From NCBI GenBank assembly GCA_019358915.1, contig JAHHIM010000016.1:26007-90006 (forward strand): a stretch of DNA of 64,000 bases, read 5' to 3'. This stretch comes from Trichormus sp. ATA11-4-KO1 (GTDB lineage Bacteria; Cyanobacteriota; Cyanobacteriia; Cyanobacteriales; Nostocaceae). Below are positions 11,038 through 22,064 of this stretch, one piece after another. A program made the translations under genes and the position numbers. The notes under the pieces were generated by a model that had not been told where the DNA came from, searched no databases, and worked only from the letters and a program-made list of their open reading frames with translations. The first letter of the stretch is position 1, and every line of letters starts with the position of its first letter.

Positions 11038-11481
11038 ATGAATAATCAACCAGTGCATGTAGCGATCGCAATTCTTTACCAAGAAAATAAGTTTCTCATG
11101 CAACTGCGAGACAATATCCCCGGTATTTTCTACCCTGGTTACTGGGGACTATTTGGTGGTCATATTGAACCTGGTGAAACACCAAATGTAGCAGTGGAGC
11201 GAGAAGTATTAGAAGAAATCGGCTATACCTTACCACCATTTTTTGAATTCGGCTGTTATTCCGATGCTGCTGTTATTCGTCATGTCTTTCATGCACCACT
11301 CTTAGTCGAATTAAATCAACTAACTTTAAATGAAGGCTGGGATATGGGATTGTTAACGCCAGAAGATATTCATCAGGGTCACTGTTACTCACCCATCGCC
11401 GATGAAGTCAGACCTTTAGGGAGCATACATCAGCGAATTATGTTGGATTTCATCGAAAAAAACCCACAACCCCAATCATGA
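11038..11481 (+). CDS. NUDIX hydrolase
   Basis: GGHIEPGETPNVAVEREVLEEIG Nudix box. Confidence 0.93.
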   Translation: MNNQPVHVAIAILYQENKFLMQLRDNIPGIFYPGYWGLFGGHIEPGETPNVAVEREVLEEIGYTLPPFFEFGCYSDAAVIRHVFHAPLLVELNQLTLNEGWDMGLLTPEDIHQGHCYSPIADEVRPLGSIHQRIMLDFIEKNPQPQS

Positions 11482-11647
11482 CTTCCCAATGCCCAATGCC
11501 CAACTTCTACAGTCAAGTGTTGAAATTCCGGTAAAAAACCGTACTTAAACCGAAACTTGTTTTCTAGATGAGTCCCCTAGACTAGAATGAAAGTAGAGGC
11601 AAAAATATAAGCTGCTGAGTGTCAGTACTCAGTTGAATATAAGCAAG

Positions 11648-11971
11648 ATGGGATTCTTTGACTCTGAGATAGTTCAGCAAGAAGCAAAACAGCTGTTTGA
11701 AGATTATCAAGCACTGATTAACCTTGGCAACAATTACGGCAAGTTTGATCGTGAAGGCAAAAAGCTGTTTATTGAGCAAATGGAAGCCATGATGGATCGT
11801 TATCGCGTATTTATGAAGCGATTTGAACTTTCAGAAGATTTCATGGCACAGATGACTGTACAGCAACTCAAAACTCAGTTAGGCCAATTTGGTGTCACCC
11901 CGCAACAGATGTTTGAGCAAATGCATCTTACCCTACAGCGAATGAAAACCGAGTTGGAAAAACAGCAGTAG
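11648..11971 (+). CDS. DUF1825 family protein
   Basis: MGFFDSEIVQQEAKQLF...YGKFDREGK, a conserved cyanobacterial family. Confidence 0.85.
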   Translation: MGFFDSEIVQQEAKQLFEDYQALINLGNNYGKFDREGKKLFIEQMEAMMDRYRVFMKRFELSEDFMAQMTVQQLKTQLGQFGVTPQQMFEQMHLTLQRMKTELEKQQ

Positions 11972-12033
11972 TGAATTTTCAATTTTTTGTTAGGGGATTT
12001 TGGATAGACAATTAATCCAAAATCCTCAATTAT

Positions 12034-13956
12034 TTATGATTTGGGGCGCTGAAACTGCGAAAGTGGCTTAAAGTTTTCTGAAGGCACACCTTTGAGAGCT
12101 TGCTGCATGAAATCTCGCCAGATAGGAGCCACCATCCCTCCACCAGTAGCCCGGCTAGCTAATTGTCTGTTATCGTCTCTACCCACCCAGACAGCAGTTG
12201 TTAACTGTGGCACAGTACCCACATACCAAATATCTCTTTCTGAGGAGGTTGTTCCTGTCTTCCCAGCACTGGGGCGACCGATGTCGGCACCTTTACCAGT
12301 TCCCTCTGTAACCACTGAACGCATCACATCGATAATTGCTGCTGATGCCCATTGATCTAAAACTAACTGAGGTTTGGGCGTATTATCTAGTAATATATTA
12401 CCGCTACTATCAGTGACACGGGCCATAATCGTCGGTGGTGACTGCCAGCCATAATTGGCAAAGGTAGCATAAGCACTAGCCATTTCCAAAGGCGTAACAC
12501 CGATCGCACCTAGAGGTAAAGAAGTCACAGGTTCCATCGGACTCATGATTCCCAAGGTACGACAGGCTTCGATCACTTTATTCATCCCTATAGTTTTACC
12601 CAGCTTGATTACGGGAATATTACGAGACTGGGCTAAAGCCGTGCGAATAGGCATCGGACCCTTAAAGCTACTATCGTAGTTCTTGGGTGTATACCAATTA
12701 TTACCATCTCGATAGCGGACGGGCGTATCCTGTACTACTGTATCTGGTGCAAATTTGCCCGTAGCAAAAGCAGCATAATATACAAACGGTTTAAACGCAG
12801 AGCCTGGTTGACGCTGAGATTGTGTTGCCCGGTTGAATTCGCTACTTTTGGCATCGACACCGCCCACTAGCGCCTTCACAAAATGTGTGCGGGGATCAAT
12901 TGCCACCAAAGCAATTTGATTATCACGCAACCCTTGACTACTCAGTGTTTTATGCCACTTGCTGACAGTTTGTTCTGCCATCTTTTGGAATTCGGCATCA
13001 ACTGTGGTTTGTACCCGCATTCCGCCTTTTAGCAGTGCCTCACGCCCAAATTTTTGAGCCAATTCTTGCGCCACACTATTAGTAACGTAAGGTAAGGCAC
13101 TACCTTGAAATGACCTGATTCTACCAAGTTTGATTTCTTGCTTGAGAGCATTATCGTATTCTTGCTGGCTAATCCAGTTTAAATCCAGCATCCGCCCCAA
13201 AACTTCCTTTTGTTTTCGTTTTGCCAGTTCCATACTCGCAAAGGGGCTGAATTCTTCTGGCGCTTGGATTAAACCAGCCATCATTGCTGACTCAGCTAAG
13301 GTTAAGATTTCTGCTGACTTGTCAAAATAGCTGCGTGCTGCCGTTTGCACACCATAGTTATTATGACCCCAATACACTTGATTGAGGTACATTTCCAAAA
13401 TTTGGTCTTTGCTGAGAATTTGCTCTAACCGAATTGCCAGTACCCCTTCAGCCAACTTCCGGGTAAAAGCACGTTTTTGAGATAAAAACAAATTTTTCAC
13501 CAGCTGCATGGTGATGGTAGAGCCTCCCTCCCGCACACCACCTGCTGCCAAGTTAACTATCACAGCACGACCGACACCACTAGGATTGATCCCGTGGTGA
13601 TCATAAAAATGACTGTCTTCACTAGCTAGTACCGCCCGTTTGAGATGCGGGGAAATTCTATTTAGAGGCATGACTTCTCGGTTAGCTTCACCGTGAATAC
13701 TCGTTAACAGTTTGCCTTTAATGTCATAGATGTAAGTCGTTTCCGATGGCAAAAAGTTACGTAGCTGTCTCACATCTGGCAAGTTACGGAAACTAATAGC
13801 TAAGCCAACCAGCCCTCCGGCTACAATAGAGCTTGCAAGCATCGTTATTGAAAGCAAAGTACCGCCAGTTATCTGACCTACTCCTTTCAAAAACTCAAAA
13901 CCTGATGAAGCCTGACGTTGTGGCTGCTTATTTGTAAAAGTCCTAGAAGACGACAC
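12034..13956 (-). CDS. Class A penicillin-binding protein (transglycosylase/transpeptidase)
   Basis: EDSHFYDHHG, GGSTITMQLVKN, SAFK, SRN, KTG motifs. Confidence 0.95.
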   Translation of the reverse strand: MSSSRTFTNKQPQRQASSGFEFLKGVGQITGGTLLSITMLASSIVAGGLVGLAISFRNLPDVRQLRNFLPSETTYIYDIKGKLLTSIHGEANREVMPLNRISPHLKRAVLASEDSHFYDHHGINPSGVGRAVIVNLAAGGVREGGSTITMQLVKNLFLSQKRAFTRKLAEGVLAIRLEQILSKDQILEMYLNQVYWGHNNYGVQTAARSYFDKSAEILTLAESAMMAGLIQAPEEFSPFASMELAKRKQKEVLGRMLDLNWISQQEYDNALKQEIKLGRIRSFQGSALPYVTNSVAQELAQKFGREALLKGGMRVQTTVDAEFQKMAEQTVSKWHKTLSSQGLRDNQIALVAIDPRTHFVKALVGGVDAKSSEFNRATQSQRQPGSAFKPFVYYAAFATGKFAPDTVVQDTPVRYRDGNNWYTPKNYDSSFKGPMPIRTALAQSRNIPVIKLGKTIGMNKVIEACRTLGIMSPMEPVTSLPLGAIGVTPLEMASAYATFANYGWQSPPTIMARVTDSSGNILLDNTPKPQLVLDQWASAAIIDVMRSVVTEGTGKGADIGRPSAGKTGTTSSERDIWYVGTVPQLTTAVWVGRDDNRQLASRATGGGMVAPIWRDFMQQALKGVPSENFKPLSQFQRPKS

Positions 13957-14129
13957 GGCGATCTCACTTCCTCACTTGTAAATATAACTGTAATTCATTG
14001 AATGAAACAAGGCGGTTAATTTTTTGCAATTATATTAATTTGGCAGATTAAAGAACGGACAAATTGCCAGTGAATATAACTAACCTAACCTATAGAGTAA
14101 AAAGCGTAGTTAATAGCGAATCTCAGAGT

Positions 14130-15329
14130 ATGACGCAAAATTTTTCTTGGCTGCATCGTGGGATAGTGGAAATTTTCCCACAACCAATTGATGCGGATGG
14201 TGAAAGTGAAAGTTTGGAGAAGCGTTTGGTAACTACGAACCGACCTTTAAGGGTCAAATTGGGAATTGACCCTACGGGATCTGATATTCATCTTGGTCAT
14301 AGCATACCAGTACGCAAACTGCGAGCTTTTCAAGATGCTGGTCATACAGCAGTTCTCATTATTGGTGATTTTACGGCTCGCATTGGTGATCCGACTGGTA
14401 AATCTGAGGTGCGTCGCCAGCTGAGTGAAGCAGATGTAGCACAAAATGCTCAGACTTATCTTGACCAAGTGCGTCCTATTTTGGATTTTGACACACCGGG
14501 TAGATTGGAGGTGCATTATAACTCACAATGGCTTTCCCAGCTTAATTTAGGGAAAATTCTCGAGTTACTTTCCACTATGACAGTGGGGCAGATGTTAGCG
14601 AAAGAGGGATTCGCGGAACGCTATAAAAAAGAGAATCCAATTTTTATCCATGAGTTCCTCTATCCATTAATGCAAGGCTATGATTCTGTGGCTGTCGAGG
14701 CAGATGTGGAGTTGGGGGGAACTGATCAAAAGTTTAACATTGCCGTAGGCAGAGATTTGCAACGCCATTTTGGCCAAAAGCCGCAATTTGGGTTACTGCT
14801 ACCGATTTTAATTGGTACAGATGGTGTGCAAAAAATGTCTAAATCTTTAGGTAATTATGTTGGCTTGTCGGAACACCCAGCACAAAAATATCAGAAGTTA
14901 CAAGGTGTTCCAGATAATTTACTGTCACAGTATTTTGAACTGCTGACAGATTTACCTTTGGATAAACTGCCAGAAAATCCCCGCGATCGCCAGATGCTTT
15001 TAGCATGGGAAGTTGTCAAACAGTACAACGGCGAAATAGCAGCTAATGAGGCTAAAGAAGCGGCAAAAAGCGGTGGAAAAGAAGGTGCTGTACCAGAATT
15101 TTCTCTCTTCGGGGTGTCACCGTTTCCGGTGAAGTTAGCGTATCTACTCAATGTCAGTGGTTTGTGCAAAAGTACTGGAGAAGGTAAACGGAAAATTCAA
15201 GAAGGTGGAGTGCGCCTAGATGGCGATCGCATTACTGATGTTGATACCATTTTTGAGCAGCCTAGTGAATTACACGGTCGAGTGCTGCAAGTTGGTAAAA
15301 ATAAATTTGTCCGCCTTGTTAATAACTAA
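14130..15329 (+). CDS. tyrS: Tyrosine--tRNA ligase
   Basis: [19 protein letters not shown]-terminal S4 domain. Confidence 0.97.
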   Translation: MTQNFSWLHRGIVEIFPQPIDADGESESLEKRLVTTNRPLRVKLGIDPTGSDIHLGHSIPVRKLRAFQDAGHTAVLIIGDFTARIGDPTGKSEVRRQLSEADVAQNAQTYLDQVRPILDFDTPGRLEVHYNSQWLSQLNLGKILELLSTMTVGQMLAKEGFAERYKKENPIFIHEFLYPLMQGYDSVAVEADVELGGTDQKFNIAVGRDLQRHFGQKPQFGLLLPILIGTDGVQKMSKSLGNYVGLSEHPAQKYQKLQGVPDNLLSQYFELLTDLPLDKLPENPRDRQMLLAWEVVKQYNGEIAANEAKEAAKSGGKEGAVPEFSLFGVSPFPVKLAYLLNVSGLCKSTGEGKRKIQEGGVRLDGDRITDVDTIFEQPSELHGRVLQVGKNKFVRLVNN

Positions 15330-15335
15330 TGACTA

Positions 15336-16076
15336 ATGATTTATCCTGAGCGTAGCCGAAGGGCTAAAGATCAAATAATTGTGCCTTTGGATGTGCCGGA
15401 TCTGCCAAGTGCGATCGCCCTCGTAGATCGGCTAGCGCAAGTCAATTTCTGGAAGGTGGGTTTAGAATTATTTACTAATTCTGGCCCGCAAATCCTGGAA
15501 GTTTTAAAATCTCGGCAAAAGCGGATTTTTCTGGATTTGAAGTTTCACGATATCCCCAATACTGTGGCTGGGGCTTGTCGGGGTGCGGCTAGTTACGGGG
15601 TAGACTTATTAACCATTCACGCGACTGCTGGTAGAGATGCCCTGAAAGCAGCCACAGAAGCAGTACAAGTAGGGGCTGCTCAAGCAGGTGTCAAACCACC
15701 TCAATTAATCGCCATTACCTTGTTAACGAGTATTTCTTCTAGGCAATTAGCTTTTGATTTAAAGGTTCCCTTAGAATTGCCAGAATATGCCTTAGAAATG
15801 GCGTTGATGGCACAAGAAACAGGGTTGAATGGGGCAGTTTGTTCACCCCAGGAGGTAGCACAACTGCGGCAAACTTGTGGCAGTGACTTTTTGCTCGTTT
15901 GTCCGGGGGTACGACCTACTTGGGCAGATAAAACAGATCAAAAGCGATCGCTTACACCAGCACAAGCTATCCAAGCTGGTGCTGATTACTTAGTGATTGG
16001 TCGTCCAATTACTGCTGCGGCTGAACCTGAGTTAGCCTGGGAAAAGATTTCTGAGGAGTTAAGTAAGTCGGCATGA
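15336..16076 (+). CDS. pyrF: Orotidine-5'-phosphate decarboxylase
   Basis: [24 protein letters not shown]. Confidence 0.96.
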   Translation: MIYPERSRRAKDQIIVPLDVPDLPSAIALVDRLAQVNFWKVGLELFTNSGPQILEVLKSRQKRIFLDLKFHDIPNTVAGACRGAASYGVDLLTIHATAGRDALKAATEAVQVGAAQAGVKPPQLIAITLLTSISSRQLAFDLKVPLELPEYALEMALMAQETGLNGAVCSPQEVAQLRQTCGSDFLLVCPGVRPTWADKTDQKRSLTPAQAIQAGADYLVIGRPITAAAEPELAWEKISEELSKSA

Positions 16077-16843
16077 AGGCAGTCCCGATGAAACGAGTTT
16101 CACAGCCAAGTATGAAAGAGGGACTAGGGACTGGGGAACTCGGTGCCCCCTCTGGGGATAAGGGGCAATGGGGACTGGGATTTTTACTCAGCACTCAGCA
16201 CTTAGCACTCAGCACTTTCAAGTCAGAAGTCAGGCAAAAAAATTATGGCTTGTGGCTTGTAGCTTGCAGCTTTTGGTTTGTGGTAGCAAATAGCATCAAT
16301 AACTCAGCACTGGCGCATACTCCCTCTTTGCTAACCCAAAGAGGGAATGTTAACAGCACAGTGAGGGATGTTTGCTCAAACCAAAATTTAGAATTATTAA
16401 CTACTTGGTTATTGCCAGATTTACCTAGTTATGCTAATCGTGCCAGTCAACGCGCCCGGCGTCGCAATAGAAGTAGTGATATTTACAGTTACATGCTAGT
16501 AGCAGGAAAACCTGAGTTTCAGCCTTTGCCTCTGAACTCTAGTGAACATAATGCAGATGGGCAAAATAGTACGGCAACAGAAGTTGAGCAGGTTTTCTTT
16601 ACTACCTTAGAACGTCAGTACGTTGCTGGGCAAGCCGTTGAATTGCAGCAATTTCACTGGCTGTTATTGACAAAAACTAAAAGTGGTTGGCGTTTGGTCA
16701 TGATGTTTACTCAGACTAGTACTGATCCCAAACAACCAGTATCGCCCCCACGAGACAGTAGTAATGGTATTGTTGCCCAAGCCGTTAAAGCTTGGTTGCG
16801 AGATTGTCGGGCGGGAAGTGTGCGTAAGCGTACCGGGGATTGA
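16073..16843 (+). CDS. Conserved hypothetical protein; the N-terminal part is repeat-derived and the true start is uncertain
   Basis: [33 protein letters not shown]; repeats occupy 16120-16215. Confidence 0.7.
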   Translation: MKAVPMKRVSQPSMKEGLGTGELGAPSGDKGQWGLGFLLSTQHLALSTFKSEVRQKNYGLWLVACSFWFVVANSINNSALAHTPSLLTQRGNVNSTVRDVCSNQNLELLTTWLLPDLPSYANRASQRARRRNRSSDIYSYMLVAGKPEFQPLPLNSSEHNADGQNSTATEVEQVFFTTLERQYVAGQAVELQQFHWLLLTKTKSGWRLVMMFTQTSTDPKQPVSPPRDSSNGIVAQAVKAWLRDCRAGSVRKRTGD

Positions 16844-16850
16844 GAAATTA

Positions 16851-16961
16851 GGCGTTGCTGAATCAAAGTATGAAATGCCAAAATCACCTTTATTTTTCTT
16901 AGTTCCTTTGTGCCTTTGCGCCTTTGCGTGAAACTAATTCATAGCTCAATTCAGCAACGCC
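16851..16961. mobile_element. 111-bp MITE with perfect 13-bp TIRs and an 8-bp target duplication
   Basis: ggcgttgctgaat ... attcagcaacgcc, flanked by AGAAATTA on both sides. Confidence 0.9.
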
Positions 16962-16979
16962 AGAAATTAAAAATTAGGC

Positions 16980-17165
16980 GCTTGTGTAGAACAACTGTCA
17001 GCCGAATTAACCGCTTGGCAGCTCCAACGTAACCGCACCACTAGCAAACTAGTCTGGCAGTTTACCACTGAAGATGCAAGGGTTAAACTCAGGCATCTCT
17101 ATCCTGTCTTTGATACTTCGCAGATAGATGATTCTCATGCCCTATTTAGCTGTGTTAGTCCACTA
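16980..17165 (+). pseudogene. IS630-family transposase 3' remnant
   Basis: Translates as ...ELTAWQLQRNRTTSKLVWQFTTEDARVKLRHLYPV, a typical IS630 C-terminus. Confidence 0.75.
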
Positions 17166-17194
17166 CCAAAAGAGCCTTCAATACTTAATGTTGA

Positions 17195-18838
17195 CTACAC
17201 TCCGCAATTTAACTCGCCAGCTTTTTGGCTAAAGCGGTGATTTTCTCGATAGTCCACAGGACAATCTATCACAGCAGGCACGTCTTGAGCGAGGGCCTCT
17301 TTAAGTACAGGGATTAAATCAGTCGCTGATTCAACTCGATAGCCTTTTAAACCCATGCTTTCGGCTAATTTGACAAAATCAGGATTATTAAAATGGACAA
17401 AAGATGAATTGCCTTTGCCAAATTGACTTTCTTGCTTCCACTCAATTAACCCATAGCCACCATCATTAAAAATTAAGGTGACAAAGGGAGTACCAACACG
17501 CAAAGCTGTTTCTAATTCCTGGCAATTCATCATAAAGCCACCATCACCAGTTGCAGCGACAATTTTACGGTTAGGGGAAACGAGTTTTGCTGCTAAAGCA
17601 CCAGGAATAGCAATACCCATAGCTGCGAAGCCATTAGAAATTATGCAAGTATTAGGACTATGGCAATGATAGTGTCGGGCAATCCACATTTTATGAGCGC
17701 CAACATCAGAGATGACGATATCATCTGGTCCCATCACTTGTCGCAAATCATAGATTAATTTTTGTGGTTTAATCGGAAACCCATCATCATTAGCATATTG
17801 TTCATAATCGGCACGAATATTGCCCCGTAAACTGATGGCATAGGGGTGGGGTTTGCCTTGTCGGTCTGCTAATTTTAAAATTTCACTGAGGGAATCAGAA
17901 ATATCCCCTATGACTTCTACATTGGGAATATAACTACTATCAATTTCTGCTGAAGTGGCCGCAATATGAACAATAGGAATATTGCCATCGGGATTCCATT
18001 TTTTTGGGGAAAATTCGATTAAATCATAACCAATAGCAATTACTAAATCTGTATTATCAAAGCCACAAGTAATGAAATCCCTTTGCTGTAATCCTACAGA
18101 CCACAAAGCCAAAGGATGTGTATAGGGAATTACACCTTTACCCATGAAGGTATTAACAACAGGCATATTCATCTGGGTGGCAAATTGCGTGACTGCATCA
18201 CTGGCTTTAGCACGAATTGCCCCATTTCCCACTAAAATAATTGGGTTAACGGCTTGACAAATTGCTGCGGCGGCTGCCCGAATACTAGCAAAAGATGCAT
18301 AGGTTTTTTCAATATTATCCTTTTGCAAAGGTTTACCTTCTACAGGCATAGCAGCTATATTTTCTGGCAAATCAATATGAACTGCACCCGGTTTTTCAGT
18401 TTGCGATCGCTTGAATGCTTTGCGGACAACTTCTGGTGTAATACTAGGTCGCACAATCTGTTTATTCCACTTGGTTACAGGTGCAAACATGGCTACCAAA
18501 TCCAGATATTGATGGGATTCAATGTGCATTCTATCTGTTCCTACCTGACCAGTAATCGCTACCAAAGGCGCACCATCCAGGTTAGCATCTGCTACCCCAG
18601 TCATTAAGTTTGTTGCCCCAGGGCCAAGAGTAGAAAGACACACTCCGGCTTTACCAGTCAAGCGTCCATAAACATCCGCCATGAATGCTGCGCCCTGTTC
18701 ATGACGAGTAGTAATAAATTGAATGGAAGAATGTTTAAGGGCTTCTAAAACATGTAAGTTCTCTTCACCAGGAAGACCAAAAACATATTGCACTCCTTCA
18801 TTTTCTAGGCATTGCACCAACAATTCAGCTGTATTCAT
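17195..18838 (-). CDS. ogdA: ThDP-dependent acetolactate-synthase-like enzyme, likely 2-oxoglutarate decarboxylase
   Basis: VFGLPGEENL, RHEQGA, GDGG...N ThDP motif; paired with SSADH as in the cyanobacterial TCA bypass. Confidence 0.8.
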   Translation of the reverse strand: MNTAELLVQCLENEGVQYVFGLPGEENLHVLEALKHSSIQFITTRHEQGAAFMADVYGRLTGKAGVCLSTLGPGATNLMTGVADANLDGAPLVAITGQVGTDRMHIESHQYLDLVAMFAPVTKWNKQIVRPSITPEVVRKAFKRSQTEKPGAVHIDLPENIAAMPVEGKPLQKDNIEKTYASFASIRAAAAAICQAVNPIILVGNGAIRAKASDAVTQFATQMNMPVVNTFMGKGVIPYTHPLALWSVGLQQRDFITCGFDNTDLVIAIGYDLIEFSPKKWNPDGNIPIVHIAATSAEIDSSYIPNVEVIGDISDSLSEILKLADRQGKPHPYAISLRGNIRADYEQYANDDGFPIKPQKLIYDLRQVMGPDDIVISDVGAHKMWIARHYHCHSPNTCIISNGFAAMGIAIPGALAAKLVSPNRKIVAATGDGGFMMNCQELETALRVGTPFVTLIFNDGGYGLIEWKQESQFGKGNSSFVHFNNPDFVKLAESMGLKGYRVESATDLIPVLKEALAQDVPAVIDCPVDYRENHRFSQKAGELNCGV

Positions 18839-18920
18839 TTTATTTCCTCACTGGTTATAAATAAGACTGGGAAATGGGACAAGAAAGAAAATGCTGCATC
18901 TCCCACTCCCAACTCCCTGA

Positions 18921-20288
18921 TTAATTCACCCACACAGTCTTTGCATTGACGAATTCATGTAGACCTTGAATACTTAATTCTCTACCGTATCCAGAACGCT
19001 TAATGCCACCGAAGGGTAAGCGGGGATCGGATTTCACCATACTGTTGATAAATACGGCACCGGCTTCGATTTCTGTGATCAGGCGATCGCGTTCTTGGTC
19101 ATTTGTCGTCCAGGCGCTTGCACCTAAGCCAAAAGGTGTAGCATTAGCAAGTTTTATCGCTGCATCTATATCCGGTACACGGAATAATAATGCTACCGGG
19201 CCAAAGAATTCTGCTTGGGCAATGGCACTATTTGGGGGAATATCTGTGATAATCGTCGGCGGATAAAAGTTGCCGGGACGATCTGATAACGGATGTCCAC
19301 CCGTCAAGACTTTACCTCCACTGTTAACAGCAGTTTGCACTTGTTGGTCTAAATCTTGCAGAATATCAGGGGTTGCCAGGGGCCCTAAATCAGTGTCTGG
19401 TTGCATGGGATCGCCAACTTTCAATGCCAGAAATTTATCTAGAAGCAATTTTTCAAATTTGTCAGCGATCGCCTCCGCTACAATAAAACGTTTGGCTGCT
19501 ATACAAGATTGCCCGCTATTTAACATCCGTGCTGTAGTAGCGGTGACAACTGCAACCTCTAAATCAGCACTTGGTAACACAATAAACGGATCACTTCCTC
19601 CCAATTCCAAAACAGTTTTTTTGATTTGTTTGCCTGCGGCGGCGGCTAGAGAAGCACCAGCTGGTTCGCTTCCGGTTAAGGTGGCAGCTTTCACCCGGTT
19701 ATCAGCCATTAAATCGGCAACTTTAGCAGCGCCAATTAATAAAGTCTGAAATGCACCTTGAGGGAAACCAGCCCGGTGGATAATATCTTCAATTGCCAAG
19801 GCGCACTGTGGAACATTAGAAGCATGTTTGAGTAAACCCACATTTCCTGCCATCAGTGCAGGTGCAGCAAAGCGGAAGACTTGCCAGAAGGGGAAATTCC
19901 ACGGCATCACAGCGAGAATCACGCCTAAAGGCTGGTAACGCACAAAACTATGGCTGGCATCGGTTTTGACATCGACATCAGCCAAGAAACTAGGTGCGTA
20001 TTCAGCATAGTAATTACAAACTAAGGCGCATTTTTCTACTTCGGCGATCGCAGCTTTCAAAGGCTTGCCCATTTCTAGGGTCATTATCTTAGCAAAGTCT
20101 GCTTTCTCTTGCTGTAAAATAGTCGCAGCTTGTTGTAGCCATTGCGATCGCTCAGAAAAACTAGTATTTTTGTACTGTACAAAAGCCTGACCAGCCAAAT
20201 CTAGTTTAGAAGCAATTTCTGAATCATTGAGCGGCTCAAAACTTTTGAGCATCTCCCCAGTGGCGGGATTAATGGTGGCGATAGCCAT
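18921..20288 (-). CDS. gabD: NAD(P)-dependent succinate-semialdehyde dehydrogenase
   Basis: MPWNFP, LELGGSDP, GQSCIA, EFFGP, PFGGIKRSGYGRE. Confidence 0.9.
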   Translation of the reverse strand: MAIATINPATGEMLKSFEPLNDSEIASKLDLAGQAFVQYKNTSFSERSQWLQQAATILQQEKADFAKIMTLEMGKPLKAAIAEVEKCALVCNYYAEYAPSFLADVDVKTDASHSFVRYQPLGVILAVMPWNFPFWQVFRFAAPALMAGNVGLLKHASNVPQCALAIEDIIHRAGFPQGAFQTLLIGAAKVADLMADNRVKAATLTGSEPAGASLAAAAGKQIKKTVLELGGSDPFIVLPSADLEVAVVTATTARMLNSGQSCIAAKRFIVAEAIADKFEKLLLDKFLALKVGDPMQPDTDLGPLATPDILQDLDQQVQTAVNSGGKVLTGGHPLSDRPGNFYPPTIITDIPPNSAIAQAEFFGPVALLFRVPDIDAAIKLANATPFGLGASAWTTNDQERDRLITEIEAGAVFINSMVKSDPRLPFGGIKRSGYGRELSIQGLHEFVNAKTVWVN

Positions 20289-20567
20289 TGCCTGACCTCC
20301 CGTTAAAAAATAGCTTGAGGTAGCTTCCTAGTGTTACACAGATCAATTGCGGACGCTACCATCCAAATTTTAGTCTTTTACTCAAAATTTGGTTTTTCAA
20401 TCTTTAATTTTCATGAATTTGATTGGAGTAAAATATACTAATACATTAAGTATATACACGTAATACAAAACAATAAAATACTAATCACTCGATGCCCCTA
20501 ACCTTTCTTGAAAAAGGGCGAAAATGAAGAGTTATCGTACTTAGGGACAGAGTTTTTTCATTTTTTG

Positions 20568-20596
20568 ATAGAGGTGCAAGACTTTGCACCCCTATT
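20568..20596. repeat. REP-like palindrome
   Basis: atagaggtgcaagactttgcacccctat imperfect inverted repeat. Confidence 0.5.
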
Positions 20597-20761
20597 GCGT
20601 CATCGACACCAACGAAAACGCGAGATTAAATCAGCTTGACAGCACGCAGACCGAACAGCAGACCTACAGCTACACCCATAAATAAAGCCAAAAAGCCAAT
20701 ATAAGCTATCACTCCAAACATTTATTTTTCTCCACAATACTTCACTAAATCTAATTGAATC

Positions 20762-20852
20762 ATGGGGAATGGGGAATGGGGAATAGGGAATAGGGAGTGG
20801 GGAGAAAGAACTTAAATATTAGTAACCTCCCCCCATCCCCTTGTCTCCCTAC
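20762..20852. repeat. STRR-type heptamer repeats forming a G-rich/C-rich hairpin upstream of aroB
   Basis: (ggggaat)n followed by a C-rich complementary arm. Confidence 0.7.
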
Positions 20853-20905
20853 TCATCAATATTGCGATAGAATACGACCCACAGGCGCTTGTTTGGGGTT
20901 GGGCA

Positions 20906-22018
20906 ATGACTTCTGTAATTAACGTAAATCTACCGCAGCAGTCTTATGAGATTGCGATCGCACCTGCAAATTTAGATCAACTGGGTCAACGGATGGCCAG
21001 TTTGCAGCTAGGTAAAAAGGTATTGGTGGTTTCTAATCCCACTATTTTTAAACATTATGGGGAAAGAGCGATAACTTCGTTAAGCTCCGCTAACGCTTCC
21101 CTCACATCTGCGGGATTTGCAGTGGCTAGCTACAATCTACCGCCTGGTGAACGCTACAAAACCCTCAACTCTATCCAAAAACTCTACGATGTTGCTTTAG
21201 CAAATCGCCTAGAACGTTCCTCTACGATGGTGGCTTTGGGAGGAGGGGTAATTGGTGATATGACTGGCTTTGCGGCGGCTACTTGGCTGCGGGGGATTAA
21301 TGTCGTGCAAGTGCCTACAACCCTTTTAGCAATGGTAGATTCGGCAATTGGCGGCAAAACTGGCGTAAATCATCCCCACGGTAAAAACTTAATTGGCGCG
21401 TTCCATCAACCGCGTTTGGTTTTAATTGACCCAGAAGTGCTGAAAACTCTGCCTACGCGAGAGTTTCGGTCAGGAATGGCAGAGGTAATTAAATATGGTG
21501 TAATTTGGGATGCCGAATTATTTGCTCAGATGGAAGCGAGTAAAAATTTGCATCAACTCCGCTACATCAAACCTGAACTTATAGACTCCATATTAACGCG
21601 CTCTTGTCAAGCTAAAGCTGATGTTGTCAGCAAAGACGAGAAAGAAGCAGGATTGCGGGCAATTCTCAACTATGGTCATACCATCGGCCATGCAGTGGAA
21701 AGCTTGACGGGTTATCGTTTACTGACACATGGCGAAGCCGTTGCCATTGGCATGGTAGCAGCTGGACAGATTGCAGTCGAAATGGGGATGTGGACAAAGG
21801 AAGACACAGAACGTCAAAATGCCCTAATTCACAAAGCAGGTTTACCGACTCGGCTACCAGAGAATGTAGATATTGAAGCAATTATCGACGCGCTGCAATT
21901 AGATAAAAAAGTCAAAGCAGGTAAAGTCAGATTTGTTTTGCCAACTCAAATTGGTGTAGTCACAGTTACCGACGAAGTGCCATCAGATATTATCCGGCAA
22001 GTGTTACGGGGAATGTAA
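20906..22018 (+). CDS. aroB: 3-dehydroquinate synthase
   Basis: [40 protein letters not shown]. Confidence 0.96.
   Translation: MTSVINVNLPQQSYEIAIAPANLDQLGQRMASLQLGKKVLVVSNPTIFKHYGERAITSLSSANASLTSAGFAVASYNLPPGERYKTLNSIQKLYDVALANRLERSSTMVALGGGVIGDMTGFAAATWLRGINVVQVPTTLLAMVDSAIGGKTGVNHPHGKNLIGAFHQPRLVLIDPEVLKTLPTREFRSGMAEVIKYGVIWDAELFAQMEASKNLHQLRYIKPELIDSILTRSCQAKADVVSKDEKEAGLRAILNYGHTIGHAVESLTGYRLLTHGEAVAIGMVAAGQIAVEMGMWTKEDTERQNALIHKAGLPTRLPENVDIEAIIDALQLDKKVKAGKVRFVLPTQIGVVTVTDEVPSDIIRQVLRGM
21073..21093. repeat. 21-nt small dispersed repeat (SDR5-like) inserted in a HIP1 site, in frame in aroB
   Basis: GCGAT[aacttcgttaagctccgctaa]CGC. Confidence 0.75.
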
Positions 22019-22064
22019 TTTATGAGCCAATTACAATTAAAACTAGCCTCAGCTAGTGTGCGCC

